From contig BDTM01000128.1 in assembly GCA_002898015.1 (NCBI GenBank), forward strand, positions 138,418 to 202,417: DNA of 64,000 nt, written 5' to 3'. Of this stretch, positions 10,765-20,700 are shown one piece after another. Within the stretch, counting starts at the first letter, position 1, and every line of letters starts with the position of its first letter. The notes under the pieces were generated by a model, which was given only the letters and a program-made list of their open reading frames with translations, did no database searches and was not told the origin of the DNA. The position numbers were made by a program, and so were the translations under genes. Source of the stretch: a bacterium BMS3Bbin03. Its GTDB lineage: Bacteria; Zhuqueibacterota; JdFR-76; BMS3Abin05.

Positions 10765-11259
10765 ATGAAATATCGAATGAAATTTATGCAATCCATTGTC
10801 CTGACCGTCTTTTTGTTGGTATTTGGGACAAACGGTGCATGGGCGTCTGTGAGTCAAGCATCCGTAAAGCCTCTTTCTCCCGATGCAGGAAAAGCCTCGG
10901 TTTACGAAATTACGTTCAGCCTGTCCGATCCGTTTCCCTCTGCCGGAACCGTCGTTTTGGAATTTCCGGCCGATTTTGATTTGTCTCAGGCTATTCTGGC
11001 GGGCTCCCCAAACGTGAACGGCGGGTTCAAGGTGTTTGTGGACGGACAAAAATTGATTGTGCGCCGAAGCGGATTGGGCCAGGCCGTGCCGGCAGGAAAA
11101 GGGATTGTGATTCGCGTGGCCAATATTCAGAACCCGAAAACTGCCGGCCAATATAGCCTTTCTGTCAGAATAATGGTGGGGAAAAAGATGTTGGGTGAGC
11201 GCAATTCTGTTTCTTTTTCGATTCAGCCGAAAAGAAAACAGGCGAAGCCCATTCGGTAA
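10765..11259 (+). CDS. Small secreted beta-sandwich protein, paralog of the N-terminal domain of the 3793-aa protein
   Basis: Signal peptide ending AWA; body aligns by eye with residues ~24-150 of 11718..23099. Confidence 0.75.
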   Translation: MKYRMKFMQSIVLTVFLLVFGTNGAWASVSQASVKPLSPDAGKASVYEITFSLSDPFPSAGTVVLEFPADFDLSQAILAGSPNVNGGFKVFVDGQKLIVRRSGLGQAVPAGKGIVIRVANIQNPKTAGQYSLSVRIMVGKKMLGERNSVSFSIQPKRKQAKPIR

Positions 11260-11298
11260 ACTTGTTTGTTTTTTTGGCAAACAAAAGAGGTTTTGATT

Positions 11299-11490
11299 AT
11301 GAAAAAAATAAAATTCGTTTTCTGGAAAGATCAAGATAAGTGGCTCGGATATTTGGAAGAGTATCCGGACTATTGGACGGAAGGGGATACGCTTGAGGAG
11401 CTAAAGGAAAATCTTAAAGATATTTATAAAGATTTGACAGGCGGACACATTCCTTACGCAAGAAAAGTGGCTGAGCTTGAAGTGGTATGA
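11299..11490 (+). CDS. hicB: HicB-family antitoxin, short form without DNA-binding domain
   Basis: WLGYLEEYPDYWTEGDTLEELKENLKD pattern; RBS GAGG at 11287-11290 before ATG 11299. Confidence 0.85.
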   Translation: MKKIKFVFWKDQDKWLGYLEEYPDYWTEGDTLEELKENLKDIYKDLTGGHIPYARKVAELEVV

Positions 11491-11666
11491 AAAGGAATGC
11501 GTTAATAAAAAAATTAAATGAAATGGGATGTGTTATGATTCGTCATGGCAGCCGTCACGATTGGTACCAAAATCCAATGACAAAAATATTACAACCCGTT
11601 CCACGGCATAGAGAAATAAATGATCTTCTGGCAAAGCATATTATCAAAATGCTCAAAAACAATTAA
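11487..11666 (+). CDS. hicA: HicA-family mRNA interferase toxin, 59 aa (absent from the ORF track)
   Basis: Hand translation MKRNALIKKLNEMGCVMIRHGSRHDWYQNPMTKILQPVPRHREINDLLAKHIIKMLKNN; G-S-x-H and VPRH.EI motifs; ATGA overlap with the hicB stop. Confidence 0.9.
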   Translation: MKRNALIKKLNEMGCVMIRHGSRHDWYQNPMTKILQPVPRHREINDLLAKHIIKMLKNN

Positions 11667-11717
11667 AATTAGAGATTCAATAGAATTTAAAAACACTTTT
11701 TAAATAATGGTTGCCCT

Positions 11718-14700
11718 ATGAAGCGAATTGTTGGAATTCTTCATTTTTCTGTTCTATTTTTTTTGAGTGCCAGTACCCTTTTGGCCGGTACCGTCGGTAC
11801 CATTACTCTTTCCAGTTATAAAGCCGGTGACAATGCTATCTACACCGTACCATTTACCCCCACAAACCCCCTGCCTGCAAACGGCAAAATAGTCATTCAG
11901 TTTTCCAGCAGCAGTTTTACGACATCATCCGTTTCCTTGGCGGCATCGAATAACGCAAATCTGGACGGCGGCCTGTCGATCGAGTCTAACACATCGCCAA
12001 CGGTTGTGATTGTGAGAGACGGCACGGGAACGGTGACCACGGGCGGCAATCAATTAGATATTTCTTTTGCAAATGTTGGCAATAGTACCGCTTCCGGAAC
12101 CTATAGCCTGACCGTGACGCTTCAGGACAATGGCGGAACGGACATTGAAACAGTCGGCAGCGGAAGTTTTACAATCACTCCTGCAGATCTGGATCATTTC
12201 GCATTTGGGGGTATTTCCAGCGAAGTAGCTGGCACAAATTTTGGGATTACCATCACAGCGCAGGATGCTTACAACAACACCATCACGACTGCAAATTATT
12301 CACTCACGTTAACCGATGACACGGGCACCTTAACGACCATTTCAGCCGGAACCTGGTTAAGTGGGGTGATTCAACCCACGGTAAACATTACAAAGGCCGC
12401 AGCATCCGACAAAATTACTGCCACGGGAAACGGGATTTCCTCGGCATCCGGGGGTTTTGCCGTTGATGCGGCCGGTGTGGCCTCTTTCACGTTCGCAACC
12501 ATTTCTTCTCCGCAAACAGCCGGAGGGGCTGGCTTCAACATTACCATTACGGCGAAGGATGTCTACGACAATGTGGCAACCGGTTTTACAGGTTCGGTTA
12601 ATTTATCCGTCAATAAGGGGGATGTTTCACCGGCCGTGACCGGAAGTTTTACAACCGGCGTTCTTACTAATTTTAATGTAACCATTAACACCGCGAACAC
12701 CGACATTCAAATAACCGCTGATGATGGCAGTCACACCGGCACGTCGAATGCCTTTAATGTCAATCCGGGCCCGGTGGCTTCATTCAGCATTTCTTCCATT
12801 AGTACCCAGGCGGCGGGAGAGCCGTTCACCCTTACCGTCACCGCCGAAGACGCCCAGGGCAACACCGCCACGTCTTTTGCCGGCACGGTGGATATTTCAG
12901 ACGGCACGGGGACCATTTCTCCGACCACCAGCGGGAGCTTTTCCAATGGGATCTGGAGCGGAAGCGTTACCATCACCGGTACACAGACCGGCAACACGAT
13001 TACTGTGACCAATGCCGCGGGTACTGAAAGCGGAACGTCCAATACGTTTGATGTCGCGGCTTCGGATGTGGCGTCATTTGAAATTAGCTCTGTTGCTTCT
13101 CCACAAACAGCAGGTGCCTCTTTTTCGATTACCATTACGGCGAAAGATGCCAACGGCAACACCGCTACCTCTTTTACCGGAACGGCTTCTCTCTCTGATT
13201 CCACCGGTACCATTTCGCCGAAACTGACCGGAAATTTCAGCGGCGGAACCTGGACGGAGGATGTAACGATTACCCAAACCTTTTCGAATAACCAGATTGT
13301 GGTTTCGGCGGTTGGAAAATCCGGTTCATCCAACGCGTTCAATGTGAATCCCGCGGCGCTGGATCATTTCACGCTGGATGCGATCAATTCCCCCCGGACG
13401 GCCGGAACGGCCTTTAATTTGACCATTACGGCAAAAGATGCGTATGAAAATACTGTTACATCCTACACCGGAACACCGACAATCTCCAACACCACAGGGA
13501 CGATTTCTCCGACCACCGCCGGGGCCTTTTCGAACGGGGTGCGAACGGAATCGGTCACCATTACAAAGGCCGCCTCCAGCGACCAGATTACTGTGACCGA
13601 TGGGACAAAAACCGGCACATCCAATACATTTACGGTTGATGCAGGCGCATTGAACTACATTGTAATAGAAGATGCTCCGGATGGCACCGGCTCAGCCGTT
13701 GGCGATTTTTCAAAAACGACCGATGAAAATACGGCGTTATTTGCGGTGGGATACGATGTAAACAATAACTTCTATGGAAATGTGACGGTTACCTGGTCCG
13801 TGTCGGGGGGAATCGGAACGGTCAGTCCCTCGTCGGGCGCAAACACGGTTTTTAATCCGACGACAACCGGTACGGGAAGTGTCTCGGCCGCTGACGGCAG
13901 CGGCCACACGGACGCCACGGGAACGATTACCGTAACCGCCGGAAATCTTGCAAGTCTGCAAATCCGCGATGCGGCGGGCGGCGGCGGGAGTGTTATCGGA
14001 AATTACCTGATGACCACCGATCAATCGCTGACGGTGTACGCGGCCGGTTACGATGCAGATGGGAACTACATCTCGGATCAATCGGTGACCTGGTCCTCAA
14101 CCGGTTTATCTCCCTCGGTCAGCGAAACCGGGACGTCTGCCACATTTTCTCCGACGGCCACCGGAAGCGGTACCATTACGGCCACAAGCGGCAGTCTTTC
14201 GGCCCACACGGGAGCGATTACCGTTTCTGCCGGGGCATTGGCGGCGATTAAAATCCGGGATGAAGCCGGCGGCGGGGGGGCAGAAGTCACAACGGTCTCG
14301 ATGACGACCGATGAGTCCCGTACCTTTTACGCGGCGGGCTACGATGCGGACGGCAATTACAAAGAAGACGTTTCGGTTACCTGGGCATCGACAGGGAACC
14401 TTTTCCCTGCGGTCTCTTCTGCCGGAACGAGTGTGACCTTTGCTCCGGATAGTGCAGGCAAAAGCGGTACGGTTACAGCCGACGCCGGCAGCGGGATTAC
14501 AGATGCCACCGGACTAATTTCTGTAAGTGTGGGCGCTTTGAAATATGTGAAAATTGTGGCAGGGGCGTCCGGAAATGGTGCCGAATACACCACCGGCACA
14601 TTTTCGCCCGGCGACCAGCAGGTTTTCCACGCCGCGGGTTACGATGCCGACGGCAATTACATTGCGGACGAATCCGTGACCTGGAGTCTGACCGGTTCCA

Positions 14701-17700
14701 TTGGAAGTTTAAGCGACGCCACCGGAACAAGCACCATATTTACGGCAAATACGGTCGGCCAGGGGAGTATTACGGCGGATCATCCCACGGCGCTGGATGA
14801 TGCCACGGGGACGCTAACGGTGGTTGAGGGAAATCTGGATCACATTGTGATCCGCGACGCCCCCGGGGGAGCCGGTAGTGTGGTGGGAAACGTTAACATG
14901 ACAGCCGATCAGACGATTACCCTGTATGCAGCCGGCTACGATGCTGCGAGTAATTACCTGGGCGATTACAGCGTCACCTGGTCCCTTTCTTCCGGAAACC
15001 TGGTTCCGGTGCCGAACGGCTCGGCAAGCAGCTTTACATTTAGTCCGACCACGGCCCCGACGTCCGGGGTGATCAAGGCAAGTTACAATTCATCTATTAC
15101 AAATGTTACCGGCACGATTTCTGTCTCGGTAGGCGCACTGGCGCGTATTCAAATTCGGGATGCGGCCAACAACGGCGGTTCCGAAGTGACCACGCACACC
15201 ATGACGACCGATGAAACCTACACGGTTTGGACCGCGGGTTACGATGCCGACGGCAATTTTATTGCGGACACCACCGTCAATTGGACCTCTTCCGGATTAA
15301 CGCCGGCTCTTTCTTCAACCGGCAGAAGTGTCGTAATCGACCCAAGCAAGCCCGGAACGGCTACCATTACGGCAACTGAACCCAATTCGGGCCTGACGGA
15401 CAACACGGGGGCCATCATTGTTAACCCGGGCGCCGTGAGTTACCTTCTGGTTAGAAGCGAAGCCGGCGGAGGCGGCACAGAAGTGGGCGACATGACGCTG
15501 ACCCTGGATGATAAACTGACCTTGTACGCCGCGGGCTACGATGCCGAAAACAATTATTCCCGGGATGTTGCGGCGGCCTGGAGCGTGAGTACGGGAGATC
15601 TGGATGCGCCCAGCCCCGCCACCGGAACAAGCACCGTGTTTAGTCCGTCCACGCCGGGGACCAGCGGTAAAATCAAGGCGGACAGCACCGGAATTATCGG
15701 GGATGAAACCGGGACCCTTACGGTTGGAAACATTTCATACGTGAAAATTCGAGATGCATCGGGCGGTGCCGGCAATGAAGTCGGAAATCTCTTGCTGACG
15801 GCGGATGAGTCCATCACGCTTTATGCCGCCGGGTACGATGCGGGGAATAATTACATCGGTGATGTTCAGGTGACCTGGAGTTCCACCGGTACATTAGCAC
15901 CGGCTGTTTCCGGAACCGGTACGTCTGTTACGTTTTCGCCCACAACGGCACCGGCCAGCGGTACCATCCTTGCCCATCACATTACGGCCACGGATGATGC
16001 AACGGGCACTATTACAGTGACCCCCGGTGTGCCGGTAGGCACGATTTCTCTTTCCGCTTCTCCCACGGCCATTCCGGCAGATGGCAGCAGCACATCTACC
16101 ATTACATCTGGTGTTATCAAAGATTCGGACGGCAACCCGGCGGCCCAGGGAACGCTGATTACCGTGAGCACCAGCCTGGGAACCATTACGACGTCGGATG
16201 CCAGTGCCTCCTATTCCGGAATACAGGTTGGAGCAGATTCCAACGGCAGGATTTCGTTCACGCTGCGGGCGCCCACGTCCGGGGGAACGTCTTACATCTC
16301 AGCCGCCAGCGTGGGGGGGAGCGCCACCGGCAGCACGACCGTGCAGATAACCAATCTTCGAATCGTGAGTATTTCATCGGATTATTCAACGGTGAGTCAG
16401 GGTCAAACAAATATTTCTGTCCGAATGGTGGTTGAAAATCTGGGCAGTGCTCCCCTGGAAACGGCCACTGCCAATTTAACATTTACAGACATGAATGGGA
16501 CGGATCGCACGGGCGAATACTCGGGTATTTCCGAAACAGGCATTACGGTTTCTGCGGGCGCCACACAAACAGTAAATTTTTTAATTTCGGTGGGCAGTTC
16601 CGCCACAACAGGTTCCATTATTATTGACGGGAATATCAGCGGGACGGTGAGCGGCAACTCCGTGGGTGCCGGCGGGGCAGCCACACCCTATAGTTGGACC
16701 GTGCAGACACCGGCGGTGCTTGAAATTCTATCCGTTCAAACGAACCCGGACAGCGTGAGTCAGGGGCAGCAGAGTGTTTCGGTTGTGATGACGGTTCGAA
16801 ATGCGGGACAGGCCAGTGCCACCATTGATTCGCTGAAATTGGCCTTTAAAAATGGCGCTGCAGATGTGACGGGCGACTATATTCAATCGGCCGCTTCCGG
16901 AAATCCGGCTCAAATATTGGGCGGCGCCACGGAACAATTTGCCGTTTTAGTCGATGTCCTCGCTTCGGCTGCCACCGGTACCGTGACTCTTGACGGCGCC
17001 ATTTACGGAAAAGATGATAATTCATTGAATCTGATTTCCGATACCGGTGCGAACACCACGGATTCGTGGGTGGTTGCCGAGGCGGCCGCCTTTCAAATTA
17101 CCGCCATGGTGCCTTCGCAGCCCGCGGTAACTGCCGGACAAACCCGGAGCTGGACAATCAAAATGGCGGTGGAAAACAACAGCAAATCAATCATCGATCT
17201 GGATCTGGATCCCGCAAAAACCTATCTTAAATTTATCATTGGGAGCGATGTGACGTCTCAATATTCAATTACCACCCCAACCGCTCTTTTGGGCGGGGGA
17301 ATCCGATTGAATGCCGGGGCAAAAGACACGTTGGAATTTGTGGTGAACATAACCGGAACAACGGCAGGAATTGCCGCGATTAATGGATTCGTAACAGGAT
17401 CAGACGTGGTTTCCGGCAAAACAATTACGGACGACACCAATGACACGGGCTCGGGTTCGGTTACCGTGCAGACGCCGGCCGCAATAAGGGTAACGGCGGT
17501 AACACCCTCACAGGATTCGGTGAGCAGCGGGCAAACCGCCTCCTGGAACGTCACCGTTGCCGTTGAAAATACGGGACAAAGCAAGGCGACGCTCTCTCTC
17601 GACAGCACGTTTCTGGGTTTTCGCAGCGGAACCGGGTACGCTTTTTTAAAACCGTCTCAGTTTCAGGGCGGGGGGCTGGTTCTCGACAGAAATTCTTCCG

Positions 17701-20700
17701 GCGATTTGGTTTTTTCAATCACAAAAACCGCAGCGTTTTCAGGAATAGACACTATCGATGCGACGGTCGGTTTTTTTGAAAATAACAGCGGCCGTTATTT
17801 GGCGGACAGCACCGCCGCGGGAAATTACGGTACGGTAAATGTTCAAACACCCGCTGCCCTTTCCATTCTTAAAGTTCGGCCTTCACAGCCGGTGGTCACA
17901 AAAAATCAATCCAATCACTGGACGGCGATGGTTGTTGTGAAAAACACCGGACAAAGCCGGGCAGCGATTAATTTTCAACAGGCAAGCACATTTTTGTCAT
18001 TCTCCAAAAACGGCGCCCCCCTTTCCGACTACACCGTTCAACAACCCTCGGCCCTGGAGGGCAGCGGCGGAAGCCTTCTCTACGGCGGGAAAACGGACAG
18101 TCTTAAATTTGTGATTACCGCCACGGGTGCCGACACCGGAACGATTGCCATTCATGCGACGTTCGCAGGCGTCGAGGTGAACAGCGGGCGATCCATCAGC
18201 GCAAACACATTTGGCGGAAATAGCGGACAGGTGACGGTTCAGGCACCGCCGGTACTGACGTACATCAGTGGATCATTGAGTCCGAAGAGCGTAAACCGCG
18301 GGAGTAACGCCTCTTTTGATGTGCGGGTGCGAAATTCGGGGGGTGCCACGCTGGTGCTTTCACCGTCGGAAACCAAATTTTCCTTTTCGGATGGCGTCCA
18401 CGCCTTCGAAGCCGTGCTGAATGATAATGTGGTGACGGAAATTCAGCCGGGTGACACGACGCTTGTTTTTGTCTCTACCCTTGTTCCTGAACTGCTGGCA
18501 ACCGGAAAATACGCGCCGGCGATTACACTCAGCGGCACGCAAAACGGAAATGCATTTCAGACCGGCTTGACCACCGATTCCAATGAGCTGGAAGTTCTTG
18601 AAAAAGCCGTTTTGGATATTGTGTCCATTACGCCGTCTCAAACGCAAATTACTCAGGGGCAGACAAAAGAATGGTTTATCTGGGTGGGTGTGGCGAACAA
18701 CGGCGGATCGAGTATCCGGCTGGACAGCGCACAGGTTCATTTGTATATTGGACAGGAAGTGACATCCGAGTACAAAATTACGACGCCCGCCGGTTTCTGG
18801 CAGCCGGACAGCACGGAAGACCCGGTGCTCAAGGGACACGACACGGGCAGTTTGCGGTTTGTGGTGACAAAAACCGGTCAAACCACCGGCCCGGCGACGA
18901 TACAGGGACGGCTCTGGGTCACAGACCTTGTCAGCGGCGATCATTTATCGGACCAGACGGACGGCGGAGCGGGAAGTGTGAAGGTTCAGGCGCCGGCGAA
19001 GTTGAAGATCAATTACACGCTCATTTCTCAATCGTCCGTCACAATCGGGCAGGAAGAGGATTGGACGGTCCGCCTGAATCTTTCGAATAACGGCGAAAGC
19101 GATTTGATGATCGACACCAGCCGGATCAAGTCCTATTTAATCTTCAAAATCGGCGGAAGTACGATTAATGATTTTGTTGTAAAACAGCCCACACAGCTTT
19201 ATAATTCACTGGGTTCGGGTCTGGGTACTCTGGTGCTGAAAGGCGGAGAAACCGCACAACTCTGGTTCACGATCGATAAAACTACCATTCACATTGGTTA
19301 TTGTATGATTTATGCCCATGTGACAGGGGTTGAAATAAACAGCGACTCAACCCTTATCGAAGATAATTACGACTCCGGCTGGAATGGCGTGACCATTCAA
19401 TCGGAATCCAGTGTTCAGATTGTGAGCACGGAGAATATGGCGTTGAACAAACCTTACGTGAATACGGGGCAGAATTTTTACATTCGGGTGCAAGTTCGGA
19501 ATAATGGCGGTGAAGCCGTTAAAAATGTAAAGGTAGATTTACAATCAAACGGCATTTCGCAATTTACACCGCAGAAACTCATTTATCGAATTAATTCGGC
19601 GTCGATTTATTCACTCACTTTTCCGGTGAAAGCCTCGGATCAATTTGATTCTACGGAGATTTTCACGGCAAGGATTCTGGAAGCTTTTTCGGTAAACACG
19701 GGCGATACCATTGCAATCGCGCCTGCTGCCGATTCAAGCGACACCACGACAGTTGCACAAATTCAAAAACCGGCTGCGCTTGTGATTAGAGAAGTACACC
19801 CCTCTTCCGATAGTGTGTTGGCCAGTCAAACGGACGAATGGCAAATTTATGTGGTCATACAGGATACCGGAGAAGCCAATATTTTTCTGAATAATTTTAA
19901 GTCAAGCGATATTGTGATTCAAATCAATGGGGAGACGCAGCAGGATTATCTTATCCAGGCGCCGGATTCCTTAATGAACGGCGGCCACATATTGTACGGG
20001 GGGCAAATCGACACACTGATTTACCGGGTAAAAGCCACGGGGCATCTGGGCGGAATCGCAGCTATCAACGCCACAATTACCGGACGTGATGCCAATAATT
20101 TTCACACACTTTCGACATCGAAAAGTGCGAGTGTGACCGTACAAACTTCGGCGGCCATTCAAATTATCGGAACGACTGTATCGGCGCCGCATATTATTGA
20201 AATTGGAAATGCTGAAGTTAATTTAAAACAGAATTTTAAAGTAAATGTTTTTGTCGAAAATAAGGGGAACGAACGGGTTAACGATGCCGTCATTTCACTT
20301 CGTACGAGCGGACAGTCTCAGTTAATCGATACGCTTCAAACAATCGCCTCTATTCCGGCAAGAAGCACGCGTTTTATCCAGTTTGACGTCACGGCCGATT
20401 CAGCGGAAAATTTACTGGGTGAAAATTTCATCTCAAGATTGATCAGCGGGACGGCCTCTGTGAGTCATCTTCCCGCCGTAATCGCGATAGCACTGGATTC
20501 CGTGGCGACGGTTTACATTGAAAAACCGGCACGGTTGGAGCTGCAAGAGAGCATCAACGACAAGGACCGGATTTTATCGGCCAACCAGCTCTTTGAAGTT
20601 CGGGCGGATGTCGTCAACAAAGGGCGCTCCAAAACGCTGGGTACCGGTAAGGTTGTGCTGGCGTTACCGGACAATTACCGGCTGGTCAGAGGCGGAGACA

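Noticed and set aside
12180-16020. Recurring DNA words (e.g. GCGGGTTACGATGCCGACGGCAA) as a CRISPR array
   Set aside because: Degenerate, ~300-nt period, in frame within the giant CDS; no cas genes
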